The notes under the pieces are model-generated. The model saw nothing but the letters and a program-made list of their open reading frames with translations. It was not told where the DNA came from and made no database searches. A program made the translations under genes and the position numbers. Positions 16,833-26,569 of a stretch of DNA of 58,718 bases are shown here, one piece after another. Source of the stretch: a virus (Duplodnaviria > Caudoviricetes). How positions within the stretch are numbered: position 1 is the first letter of the stretch; each line of letters opens with the position of its first letter. The stretch covers positions 1-58,718 of IMG/VR virus record IMGVR_UViG_3300025653_000041. One strand, written 5' to 3'.

Positions 16833-18800
16833 ATGGCGATGTTCAAAGCATTTAAACCTGAAGCAATGAATAAGATTGCAGGGGCAATGGGATATACTGG
16901 TAACATGGATTCATTCCAGCAGTATATTGAACAAGACCCAGCACGTAAGGCACGTATGGATGGCTTTGTAAAAGCTGCACAGACTATGGCTAAAGGTGGG
17001 ATGGTTAAGAAGATGCAGACTGGTGGTGTTGTACGCGCACAGCCACCCGGCGGTGAAGTACCTCCCGGTGGTAGTCCGTTTACAGCACAACCCACACCTG
17101 CTGCTCCTACAACGCCTATAACAAACACTAATCAATCTGTTATAGGTGAAGTTGCAACACAGCGTTTATTTTCTCCAGCCTTACCTACTGGCAGTGTAAC
17201 ACAAGCTGCTATGACACCGACAGGTCCGGGTCAAGCTATTGCACAGGGTACTGGTCAACTTACAGGTGCAGTTGCAGTGCCTACAGCAATGGCACAAACA
17301 GCTACAACTACCCCACAACAAGAGTCACAAGCAAATGTAATGGAAGCCGCTACAGCCGCACCAGCAGTTGATGCAGCTATGAATGCTACACAGGCAGCAC
17401 AGGCTACCGTAGACCCCCGCGCACAGGTCACAGCGGCCCAGCAAACAGCTACTAGCGTAGGCAATCTATCTGCTGCACAGGGTAATGCCACACTTATTGA
17501 CAATCCTGTACAACGTAACATACAAGCAGGTGAACTTATTACTGGTGCTGCTGATGCACAGACTGCTGCTACCTTTACTGAACAGGTACAAGCGGCTACA
17601 GCTACACCATCTACACAGGCTACCGTACAGGGTCAGCTTGCTTCTCTAACAGCTAACTTTGATGCCGCTAACCCACCAGCATGGGCAGCAGGTGCTATGC
17701 GTAATGCTACAGCACAGATGGCTGCACGTGGACTAGGTGCTTCATCCCTAGCTGGTCAGGCTATTGTACAAGCTACACTAGAGTCTGCACTACCTATCGC
17801 ACAGGCTGACGCTGCTACAGTAGCACAGTTTGAGGCACAAAACCTATCTAACAGACAACAACGTGCTATGCTTTCTGCACAGCAACGTGCGCAGTTTATC
17901 GGTCAGGAGTTTGACCAAGCATTTCAATCACGTGTACAGAATGCCTCTAAGATTAGTGACATAGCTAATATGAACTTTACTGCAGAGCAGCAGGTACAAC
18001 TTGAGAACTCTCGTGCTGCTAATACAATGAACCTTAACAATCTATCTAACTCACAGGCAATGGTCATGGCAGAAGCATCTGCACTGGCACAGATGGATGC
18101 ATCTAACCTCAACAATCGCCAACAAGCAGCAGTAAATAATGCACAGACATTCCTGCAGACTGATATGGCTAACTTGTCTAATCAGCAACAGACAGATTTA
18201 TTTAAGGCACAGCAGCGTACACAGTCTATGTTTACTGACCAAGCCGCTGCTAATGCGGCACGTCAGTTCAATGCATCTAGCCAAAATCAAGTTGACCAGT
18301 TCTTTGCTAATCTAGCACAGCAGACAGCACAGTTTAACTCGACACAACAAAATGCACAGTCACAATTTAATGCAGGTCAAGCTAATACAGTTAATCGTTT
18401 TAATGCTGAGATGAATAACCAGCGTGACCAGTTCAATGCACAGAACCAGATTGTGATTGGACAATCTAACGCCCAATGGCGTAGGCAGATTGCTACAGCA
18501 GACACTGCGGCAGTTAACCGTGCTAACGAAATCAATGCTGCAGCTATACTAGACGTTAGTAAAACTGCATATGATAATTTGTGGCAGTACTATGCAGATA
18601 CTATGGAGTGGGCGTGGACATCAGGTGAAAATGATAAAGATAGATTGACACAACTATCCACTGCAGAACTTAATGCAAAAACCAATATGGATATGCAGAA
18701 GTTAAAAACAGACGCAGAAGAAAGTGGTGCCATTGGTGGTTTCTTTACAGATGTATTGACAAGTCCGTTAACTGGTAGTATACTAGGTAAATTTTTCTAA
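16833..18800 (+). CDS. internal virion (ejection) protein, Q/A/N-rich
   Basis: Long low-complexity helical protein with QFNA repeats; position after tail genes. Confidence 0.65.
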   Translation: MAMFKAFKPEAMNKIAGAMGYTGNMDSFQQYIEQDPARKARMDGFVKAAQTMAKGGMVKKMQTGGVVRAQPPGGEVPPGGSPFTAQPTPAAPTTPITNTNQSVIGEVATQRLFSPALPTGSVTQAAMTPTGPGQAIAQGTGQLTGAVAVPTAMAQTATTTPQQESQANVMEAATAAPAVDAAMNATQAAQATVDPRAQVTAAQQTATSVGNLSAAQGNATLIDNPVQRNIQAGELITGAADAQTAATFTEQVQAATATPSTQATVQGQLASLTANFDAANPPAWAAGAMRNATAQMAARGLGASSLAGQAIVQATLESALPIAQADAATVAQFEAQNLSNRQQRAMLSAQQRAQFIGQEFDQAFQSRVQNASKISDIANMNFTAEQQVQLENSRAANTMNLNNLSNSQAMVMAEASALAQMDASNLNNRQQAAVNNAQTFLQTDMANLSNQQQTDLFKAQQRTQSMFTDQAAANAARQFNASSQNQVDQFFANLAQQTAQFNSTQQNAQSQFNAGQANTVNRFNAEMNNQRDQFNAQNQIVIGQSNAQWRRQIATADTAAVNRANEINAAAILDVSKTAYDNLWQYYADTMEWAWTSGENDKDRLTQLSTAELNAKTNMDMQKLKTDAEESGAIGGFFTDVLTSPLTGSILGKFF

Positions 18801-18816
18801 AGGATGATAAGGCAAG

Positions 18817-19026
18817 ATGAGTACAGAACGTAGACCTGCTAAACTAGCGATAACTAATCTCAGAAGAGATTTGGATAACATGATGACTGTTCCCGAAGAA
18901 AAGGAAATTCTAGGTGGCTTACTTGCGCCTAGACAGAAGAAAACTGTACCTGAAGAAACTATCAGTAATGAAACACAAAGAGTATTAGGATATATGAAAG
19001 CTATCAGGGAATCAGGAGTAGTATAA
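18817..19026 (+). CDS. hypothetical protein
   Basis: Coupled ORF in ejection-protein cluster. Confidence 0.5.
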   Translation: MSTERRPAKLAITNLRRDLDNMMTVPEEKEILGGLLAPRQKKTVPEETISNETQRVLGYMKAIRESGVV

Positions 19027-19523
19027 TGGCACTAGAAACAGGCTCACTTGATGCTCCTATTCCGGGAATGTCTCTTACACATGAACTGGGTGCGAGACCT
19101 TGGCAAAGTCCACCACAGTATGCCACACTAGAAGAGGCACTAGATTTTTATCTACCTAAATTAACAGACCCCACTTTGGCGGCACGTGCTTTGGAAATAG
19201 TAGAGAAGAATATACCTCTTACTGCTATAGCTGAAACATTAACTGTTGGTGGAGTTATGCAAGGGCTACACAGTGTTGACGTTGCAGTACTGTTAAACCC
19301 TATTATCGTAGAACTACTAGAAGTAATGGCAAAAAGCGCAGGTGTAGATTACATACTGGGTGATGCCGCTTCAGATGAAGCACCTGACCCTGAACTTATA
19401 AGACAGGCTGTGGCTAGTGTACGAGACATAGATAAAGAAGAATTAAAGGAAGAGATGGAAACACTTGATGAGCCAGTAGAAGAACAGCCAAGGGGTCTTA
19501 TGGCTCGTAGAGGAGACGTGTAA
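19026..19523 (+). CDS. conserved virion-associated protein
   Basis: APIPGMSLT...PWQSPPQ motif, C-terminal RGLMARR. Confidence 0.55.
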   Translation: MALETGSLDAPIPGMSLTHELGARPWQSPPQYATLEEALDFYLPKLTDPTLAARALEIVEKNIPLTAIAETLTVGGVMQGLHSVDVAVLLNPIIVELLEVMAKSAGVDYILGDAASDEAPDPELIRQAVASVRDIDKEELKEEMETLDEPVEEQPRGLMARRGDV

Positions 19524-21475
19524 TGGCGTTTAGATTTCAATCTTTTGCTGCTGGTGCGGCTACACGTGCGTCTGAACGCATGAAAGAAATGGAAGCAGAC
19601 ATGAAGGAGCGAGTAAAAACATCCGCTGTTACTATCGCATCTCAAATGGAAGATACACGTAAGAAAAGAGTAGAGGCTGCTACAGGATATAAAAGCACTG
19701 CTCGTAATTTACAGAGTCGTTATGGTCTCAACGATAAGCAAATCGAAGTACTTCTTGCGGGGGGCTTAGAGAATGCTAAAGCCTTTGAAGAAACGATTAA
19801 ACAAGGTGAAGCAAAAGCCTATTATGAAGGTGTTGCATTTGACCGTGAAGCCTTTATTGCAGATAGATTTCAGTTACAGGGTGATACAGAGGCACTTGAC
19901 CTTGAAGCGCAAGCACAAGCATTTGCTGCAGCCACGGCTCCTCGCATTAGTGGTGGTGCTATGGAACAACAGGCAGAACAAATATCACAATCTACTCGTA
20001 GTCTTTTAGGTCAGGTATCTCCTGAAGTAGCACAAGCTATGCTTCAGGCAGAGATAACTGCACGTGGTGGCAAACCTATAACCGATTATAGTGGCCGTGA
20101 ACTTGGTGGTATTGGTTCTGTTAAACTTGCTGATATGACTGTACAAGAAATGCTAGGTATACAGAAAGCACAAGCTGATATTGCAGGTACGGAAGCAGGA
20201 ACAAAGAAGACTCTGCAAGATGTTATTGTTTCAGAAGCTATGCTTCCTTTAGACGTGGAAGAAATGAAAGCCCGTACCGCACAAATTGGTGCAGCTATTG
20301 GCTACGCCGAAGCACAAACGGAAGAGGTTATGCAGATGCTGCCTCTAAATAAACAATACAAAGAAGCACAAATAGCTAGTGTCTTGCAAAACGTAAAACA
20401 GTCTGAAGCTACTATCGCTAAGATGGTATCAGAAGGAAAGGTTGACGAAGCAAATGTTGACCTTATCCGTGGTAAAATTGCAAAGCTATCTGTAGATACA
20501 GAAACTGCAGAAATGCTGCAAGACCTTAGTGCTAAAGAACTTGAAGCTAAGATTGCCTCAATGGAAAGCGCAAGTAAACTTAATGATAAGCGTTCACAGA
20601 TGCTTGACAAAGATATTGAATGGGCAGATGAAACAGCACAAGCAGAAGTAGACCGTATCAGGTCAACTATTGACAAAGAAGGTGTGCAAACAGAAACACT
20701 ACAGAAAGAACTTGACCTGCTTAATCAGTTTGGTGCTGCAGATAAACAAGCTGCACTGAATTTGATTGAAGCTAAAATACTACAAGCTGGAAGTTATAGT
20801 GACTTAGAAGCCTTCCAAGTAGCGATGATGTCAGAGAACAAGAAACTTGAAGAACAGATTGCTAGGCTTCCAGATACAGAAGATGCAAATGCTGTACGTG
20901 ATAGTCTTCAGAATCAGATTGATGCTAACAATAGTCGAATTGGTTCATCTGCATTGGCCTTGTCAGATACAGAAGGTTTTCAAGAGTTGCTTAATAAAGG
21001 TCAAGCCCCTACTGTTTATAATCATATGGTTAAACAAAACCTGCAAGGGTTTGGTATTGACCAACAGTTCAGTTCACTTGAGCAAGTTATCTCAAACATT
21101 GACGAAAGTCAGTATCCTCAATACTTTGGTGCAGTTATTAATGGCATTAAAGAGTTTGATAATGTATATGGCAATGACAAACAGGGCTATGCTTATGCTA
21201 CTCAGAAAATGAATAGCATGAATAGTATGCTTGCTGATTATGCGCGGCGTATAGGTGAACCTGTTGATACAACCGGATTGTCTGGTTCAAAGTTGAGGCA
21301 AGCAAACTCACAAAACGCATTGGCTAGTTTGAATCTTGGACAAATGACACTAGACGAGATAGCTAACCACGATGGACAAGAAGGAGAGGTAGTTTCATAC
21401 GCAGACCCTAATGACCCAGATAATATAATTTATGCTGTATTTACTGGCGGTACATTTGTATCTGCTAAGTTTTAA
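19523..21475 (+). CDS. internal virion (ejection) protein
   Basis: 650-aa helical protein, coupled, in core-protein position. Confidence 0.55.
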   Translation: MAFRFQSFAAGAATRASERMKEMEADMKERVKTSAVTIASQMEDTRKKRVEAATGYKSTARNLQSRYGLNDKQIEVLLAGGLENAKAFEETIKQGEAKAYYEGVAFDREAFIADRFQLQGDTEALDLEAQAQAFAAATAPRISGGAMEQQAEQISQSTRSLLGQVSPEVAQAMLQAEITARGGKPITDYSGRELGGIGSVKLADMTVQEMLGIQKAQADIAGTEAGTKKTLQDVIVSEAMLPLDVEEMKARTAQIGAAIGYAEAQTEEVMQMLPLNKQYKEAQIASVLQNVKQSEATIAKMVSEGKVDEANVDLIRGKIAKLSVDTETAEMLQDLSAKELEAKIASMESASKLNDKRSQMLDKDIEWADETAQAEVDRIRSTIDKEGVQTETLQKELDLLNQFGAADKQAALNLIEAKILQAGSYSDLEAFQVAMMSENKKLEEQIARLPDTEDANAVRDSLQNQIDANNSRIGSSALALSDTEGFQELLNKGQAPTVYNHMVKQNLQGFGIDQQFSSLEQVISNIDESQYPQYFGAVINGIKEFDNVYGNDKQGYAYATQKMNSMNSMLADYARRIGEPVDTTGLSGSKLRQANSQNALASLNLGQMTLDEIANHDGQEGEVVSYADPNDPDNIIYAVFTGGTFVSAKF

Positions 21476-21489
21476 AGAGGAGTACTCTA

Positions 21490-24400
21490 GTGGCTTTATT
21501 GGATGGTCAAGAAATAGGTTCGACCCGGCGTAGAACTACAGGTGTATCACAGCCTACAGAAACAGAGCAAGCATTCTCTCTGGGTATAGAAGGTGAGGAT
21601 ACTGCTGTATCTGCAGAAGAATACTTTGCTGATAAAGATAAAGAGTTTGATACCGAAGCGCAAACAGAAGCAATGCTTCAGGAATACTTAGAAGGTGAAG
21701 GTGCGGCTGATGGCTATAAGTATGAAGAAGAATATCTACGTTCTCTAAAACCTAATAGACTAATTGATATTCTGTACGAAGAAGACAGAGACTTAGTTAC
21801 TAAGTACCAAGACCCTACATCACAAGAAGCTGAAGATAATGAGTTTGTTGTTTCATCTGTACCAAGAGCGATTGCACCATATGTACGTGTAGTCGCTAAA
21901 GGTGCTGGCTATGCTGTAATTAAACCACTTAAAGAAGTAGAGCCAGTCATTGCTGAAGGTGTTCAAAAGGCATTAAGAGAACGGCAAACTGAAGAAGTAT
22001 CTGAAGGAGCAGAAATATCTGCACGTGAGTTGACTACACGTGAACGGCATGAGGCTGGTATAGCTAACTTGCTAGAGAAAACAGGTGTAGCAAGCAGTAC
22101 ATATAGTGCTAGGCAAATGGCTAGAAGTTTTGTAGGTGATGCTAATGCTGATAGTGTACTTGGTTCTATTGGTGCTGCAGATTTAACTCCACTAGGAGCC
22201 TATTACGCTGTAGACGAGGCAGCAGATGATATTGCAGCCGCTAAAAGACGCGATGCTGATGCTATAGAGTACGTAGCACCAGCAGTTGTAATGGGTTTGT
22301 CTGCCCTTGAAGCATTCCCACTTACTAAAGGATTAGCAAAAGCAGGTAAGCGTGTAGTTCGTGGTAAGGGTATAGGCGCACTAGATGAAACAAAGACTAT
22401 AGATGATATACGACTTGATGTGGACTCAAGAGAAGCGGCGTATGCGGCAGAGCAAGCAAACAAGAAGTACAATATAGATAGAACTGTTAAATTAACTGAA
22501 GAGGTGCAAGAAGCACAAAAGAAAGCAGCGCGTGAAGTAGCATCTAAGAATCAAGACCTTATGGATGAACTTATTACTGCGTATGAGAAGACACACTTTG
22601 ACGGTGAACCAGCCATCTCTAAAGTTGTAAAAGGTAAGAAGGTCATTGACTATGAGAAAGTTCGTAGTGTAGGTGTTAGTCGTATGACTGACCTTGACTT
22701 ACCAGAAGATGAAATATCTACACTAGGCTTTGGTGCAGATGGTTATCGTATGCCATTCCTTGCTCCTGACAAACTAGACCCTTTGATTGCTACTATTGCA
22801 GACCTTAAAGCAGCTAATCCAAATTTGTTTGAGGTAGCTGATGAAGGTACAAATGGATTTGAAAGACTATTCCGTGCTAGTGTCGAAGGTGACTTACTAG
22901 CTTCACCAGAATTAGCTGAAGCACTTAGCAAGTATGGCTTGAGTATGGATGACTTTGTACTACAGGTTGCAGGTTCAGGTCACGAAGCTGGTAAAGCACT
23001 ACAGAAACATAGACAAATTGTAGAGGCTATGAGAGCCAAGAAGACACCAGAACAAATTGCCGAAGAAAAACTAAATGAAACCATGAAGGGTATGAGTACT
23101 GGCGGTAAGATAGTGCGGCGTGTGGAGAATATTATACGTGGTTCTATGGTGTCTACTATTGCTACCGCTGCTCGTAACTTTGAAGGATTTCTTGTACGTG
23201 CGCCAATGGAAGGTCTGACCAACCTGTTTACTAATGCAATCCATGCGAGTGCAACAGGTGAATTTCTGCCTTTCATTAAATCTAACCCATTCAAAAACAG
23301 TATGCAAACCTACGGAGAAATGTTTAAAGATAGGCAAGGTATACAAGAATATACTGACTTTATCTTAAATAGACCTGAGTTTTCTAAGCAGTTTGAGCGT
23401 TTTTATAATCAGGTAAACGAGGTTCAAACTGGTTTGGGTAGAGGTGAAGCTAGAGAAAAACAAATAGAAGCCTTTATGAAAGCAGAGAAAGAAGCTGCTA
23501 AGAAATCAAAGAAGAAGTTTGATAAGGTACAGGCTCGTGAGAATGCAGAGAAACTAGCAGATGAAACTATGTCTGCTGGTAAGATGACGGACTACACTCT
23601 CACAAAGATGGAAGATTTTGTACACTTTCTAAATGGCCCTAACCGTATGCAGGAATTTCTTGTACGCAGGACAGCCTTTATAGATAAGCTAGGACAACTT
23701 ACTAAACGTGAGTATGGATTAGACTTAGTTGAGACTATCAATAGTGGTAAATTTGGTGACTTGTTGAACGATAATGCTATTCTCATAGGAGACAATAAGC
23801 GTTCATTTAAGGAGTTGGTAGCAGATGCAACAGAGGCATCTCTGGATGTTACGTATGCTAATTCTCCTAAGTTTGGTGCGTTTAAGTGGGCATTGGAAGG
23901 TCTTAACGCTGTACCCGGTAGTACTCTTGCGCTACCTTTCCCACGGTTTATGTTTAAAGCTGCAGAGTATATGTATGAGACAACGCTAGGTCTACCTACC
24001 GCTATGACACGCCGTATCTTTGGTTTAGGAGAAGCGGGTGGTAAGTTTGTTACAGCCCAAGGTAAGGCCACATACAATACAGAGATGGCTGCTCGTGGCA
24101 TGGCTGGCTGGTCTGCTATTGGTGCCACATATATGGCGGCAGAAGCAGGTCTGATTACAGATGATAATAAGGTTCGCATACCCGGAACAAATAAAAAGAT
24201 AGACGTGACTCCACAGTTCCCACTAGCCCAGCTAGTATATCTTGGTAATGGTATGAAAAAGATGCTGTCCTCAGAGAAAGATTTCTTTGAATGGTTTGAT
24301 GGAAGGGAATTTGTAAAGCTATTCAGTGGTACTAACTTCCGTACCAACACAGGTCTTGGTGAGTTCATTGATGATATGTTTGAGATGGCATCTAATGAAT

Positions 24401-25272
24401 CAAAGATTGAGAAGAAAGAGAAATTAGCAGAAGCGGTAGGTAAATTCTTTGCTGACATTACTACTCGTGTTGCACAACCTTATCAGCAAGTTATTGACCT
24501 TGAGCGTGGTCTTGGATTTAGAGATAAGACAATTCGTAGCTATGAAAGTGACCCTACTATGACCATGTTTGGTATTGGCGAAGAAGGGCTTGGCTCGTTT
24601 GGTAAGGGCTTTCAAGAGAAGCTACAGACTCGTGGCTACACTACTCAAGAAGGCGGTCTTACTGCCAAGATAGGTGAGGCTATGGGCATGGGTATGACTG
24701 AAGATGACAGGTATGCCCCTGTAAAAGAGTATGCTACCAAGCCGGGCGGCAAGGAAAGAGAGTTCCCTTTAATTAAGTTTGCTCTTGGTCTTAACATTAT
24801 GGAACAAGGCACAGAAGAGCAGCAATTCTTTAAGAAATATGGCTTTAACGATTGGGATTTCAGTAGCAAGACAGGGGTTGGTACTGTAGACAATACAATG
24901 AATGAAACACTTAGTGGCCTTCTACCTAGTCTAGCACAATCTATGATGAATCTTGAATTGCGATATGAGAGTCGGGGTAAAAGCGATAAATTTATTAAAC
25001 AAGAGATTGCCGCACGTATTAAGCAAGCATCTAACAATATTAAATCTAAGATTATAAAGCAAGGAATTAAAGCTAGAGGTGCAGACGACCCTGCTTACGT
25101 ACAAGAGTTGTTTAAGCTACGTACTTATAGTGCTGAAGCGCAAAGGATTATTGTTACTAGGTTTACAGAAGCTAATGATGGTATACCACCTGACCTTAGT
25201 AACACCTCAGACCTACGAGACTTAAATAAAATAGGTACTAGGGGTAGGTACAAGAAGAACCTGTTTGAGTAA
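21490..25272 (+). CDS. large internal virion (ejection) protein
   Basis: 1260 aa, last gene of structural arm, GTG start with GAGGAG SD; T7 gp16-like position. Confidence 0.6.
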   Translation: MALLDGQEIGSTRRRTTGVSQPTETEQAFSLGIEGEDTAVSAEEYFADKDKEFDTEAQTEAMLQEYLEGEGAADGYKYEEEYLRSLKPNRLIDILYEEDRDLVTKYQDPTSQEAEDNEFVVSSVPRAIAPYVRVVAKGAGYAVIKPLKEVEPVIAEGVQKALRERQTEEVSEGAEISARELTTRERHEAGIANLLEKTGVASSTYSARQMARSFVGDANADSVLGSIGAADLTPLGAYYAVDEAADDIAAAKRRDADAIEYVAPAVVMGLSALEAFPLTKGLAKAGKRVVRGKGIGALDETKTIDDIRLDVDSREAAYAAEQANKKYNIDRTVKLTEEVQEAQKKAAREVASKNQDLMDELITAYEKTHFDGEPAISKVVKGKKVIDYEKVRSVGVSRMTDLDLPEDEISTLGFGADGYRMPFLAPDKLDPLIATIADLKAANPNLFEVADEGTNGFERLFRASVEGDLLASPELAEALSKYGLSMDDFVLQVAGSGHEAGKALQKHRQIVEAMRAKKTPEQIAEEKLNETMKGMSTGGKIVRRVENIIRGSMVSTIATAARNFEGFLVRAPMEGLTNLFTNAIHASATGEFLPFIKSNPFKNSMQTYGEMFKDRQGIQEYTDFILNRPEFSKQFERFYNQVNEVQTGLGRGEAREKQIEAFMKAEKEAAKKSKKKFDKVQARENAEKLADETMSAGKMTDYTLTKMEDFVHFLNGPNRMQEFLVRRTAFIDKLGQLTKREYGLDLVETINSGKFGDLLNDNAILIGDNKRSFKELVADATEASLDVTYANSPKFGAFKWALEGLNAVPGSTLALPFPRFMFKAAEYMYETTLGLPTAMTRRIFGLGEAGGKFVTAQGKATYNTEMAARGMAGWSAIGATYMAAEAGLITDDNKVRIPGTNKKIDVTPQFPLAQLVYLGNGMKKMLSSEKDFFEWFDGREFVKLFSGTNFRTNTGLGEFIDDMFEMASNESKIEKKEKLAEAVGKFFADITTRVAQPYQQVIDLERGLGFRDKTIRSYESDPTMTMFGIGEEGLGSFGKGFQEKLQTRGYTTQEGGLTAKIGEAMGMGMTEDDRYAPVKEYATKPGGKEREFPLIKFALGLNIMEQGTEEQQFFKKYGFNDWDFSSKTGVGTVDNTMNETLSGLLPSLAQSMMNLELRYESRGKSDKFIKQEIAARIKQASNNIKSKIIKQGIKARGADDPAYVQELFKLRTYSAEAQRIIVTRFTEANDGIPPDLSNTSDLRDLNKIGTRGRYKKNLFE

Positions 25273-25278
25273 TAGATA

Positions 25279-25304
25279 AGGGGGCAATTAAGCCCCCTCT
25301 TTTT
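25279..25304. terminator. terminator between convergent genome arms
   Basis: AGGGGGC-AATTAA-GCCCCCT followed by T run, at the convergence point. Confidence 0.8.
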
Positions 25305-25443
25305 ATGTCCAGTATTCTGCAGTCCACCAACCGTTTAATTCCCTAGTACAGTCGCAGACCATTTCCGTTACAGCCATGCCCATTAAATAGCATAGCCAGA
25401 GAACAATCAATATGCCGGGTATCTTCCTAGCGATTGTCACCAT
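25303..25443 (-). CDS. 46-aa putative membrane peptide (not in ORF track)
   Basis: MVTIARKIPGILIVLWLCYLMGM...; fills the gap to the terminator. Confidence 0.4.
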   Translation of the reverse strand: MVTIARKIPGILIVLWLCYLMGMAVTEMVCDCTRELNGWWTAEYWT

Positions 25444-25810
25444 CACCACTAATCTTCCCACGGTCTTTCCTTCCCTGTAACTTGTTCAAGTTAGCTGCTG
25501 CCAGTGCTGACAACTCAAAGCCTAAGTCATTAGCTAGTGCCGCACAGTACCAGAGTACATCCCCAATCTCTGCAGCAATCTCCGTCTTCTTAACCTCAAA
25601 CGATTCACGGTCAGCACCGTCACGTATAAACTTCTTTACCTTGTTAGCTACCTCACCAGCCTCACCAGCCAGCCCTAAAGCTGGGTAGGTGATTGCATGT
25701 GTATTAGGGTAGATGGCAAACTCAGCGGCCTTCTCTTGGTAATCTTGTAGTTTCATATCTTTGTACCTCTCTTTCATCCAGTTACTAGCTTCTTGCTCTA
25801 GCTTGTTCAT
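25427..25810 (-). CDS. mazG: MazG-like nucleotide pyrophosphohydrolase
   Basis: LGLAGEAGEVANKVKK...EIGDVLWY...NLNKL motifs. Confidence 0.9.
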   Translation of the reverse strand: MNKLEQEASNWMKERYKDMKLQDYQEKAAEFAIYPNTHAITYPALGLAGEAGEVANKVKKFIRDGADRESFEVKKTEIAAEIGDVLWYCAALANDLGFELSALAAANLNKLQGRKDRGKISGDGDNR

Positions 25811-26024
25811 TGTGTTGTACCCTTTTCAAGTTGGCGTAGTAGGCATCATTATACCCACGTAGCCATTCACGATGCTGCATTGTGTTGTGGTCAATGCCGC
25901 TGTCACCTATGTAGAACTTACCCTTCTTTGACTTCAGGGTTTTGCCCTTCATAAAAGCATCGAAGCCCCACTGGTATTGTATCTTTAGTGGGGCATCATA
26001 CTTGCTTAGTCCGTTACGCCGCAT
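25785..26024 (-). CDS. hypothetical protein with Rmf-like motif
   Basis: QWGFDAFMKG...REWLRGYNDA. Confidence 0.5.
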   Translation of the reverse strand: MRRNGLSKYDAPLKIQYQWGFDAFMKGKTLKSKKGKFYIGDSGIDHNTMQHREWLRGYNDAYYANLKRVQHNEQARARS

Positions 26025-26439
26025 CAGCTTGCTCCTTAAATGCTTTGATAACATCAGAAGAGAATAGCTTCTGTAGGTTCAGCAAGTACATACGTGATGC
26101 ATTGTTGTCCCCACCAGAAACACTACGCTTCTTGTCTAGGTTGGCAATGATGCGCTTCAACGAGGCAGTATCGAACACCAGTGTTGCAAATGTTTCATCA
26201 CCGATACATAGATTGTGGAACCAGTAATCTGATTCCGTAGCGTTAATGCCACTTGGTTTGCCGTAGCACTCATACTCAATAGCGATGTTACCAGTTTTTT
26301 GCCATACGTCTCTTTCACTTTTCACCTCAATCTTTTTGTCCTGTAGCATATCAGCTACCTGTTGCTCACGTACCTTTCCATACTCTAAATCAATGTCAAA
26401 CTTCTTTCGGTCTTCAATCTTTGGTTCTAGGTTTTTCAT
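26014..26439 (-). CDS. conserved phage protein, possible PD-(D/E)xK nuclease fold
   Basis: KFDIDLEYG...IEVKSE...TGNIAIEY...SGI..TESDYW; start after GGAG. Confidence 0.6.
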   Translation of the reverse strand: MKNLEPKIEDRKKFDIDLEYGKVREQQVADMLQDKKIEVKSERDVWQKTGNIAIEYECYGKPSGINATESDYWFHNLCIGDETFATLVFDTASLKRIIANLDKKRSVSGGDNNASRMYLLNLQKLFSSDVIKAFKEQADAA

Positions 26440-26569
26440 TACTGCTCTCCTTCTCTTCATGTTTCTGTTTAATCTTCTGCCATTCGTCCCACTGTTCTGA
26501 CTTACGGGGTGGGTCATATCGTAAGTACCCATCCCGTAATTCCCAGATTAGTTTACCATTATGCAGCAT
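26414..26569 (-). CDS. 51-aa hypothetical protein (not in ORF track)
   Basis: MLHNGKLIWELRDGYLRYDPPRKSEQW...; bridges the RNR stop and the next gene. Confidence 0.4.
   Translation of the reverse strand: MLHNGKLIWELRDGYLRYDPPRKSEQWDEWQKIKQKHEEKESSNEKPRTKD

Noticed and set aside
23592-24458. 288-aa antisense ORF and other long shadow ORFs (e.g. 6742..7374, 12846..13325, 27244..27720)
   Set aside because: They lie opposite well-supported genes, have no SD or recognisable motifs, and are explained by codon bias.
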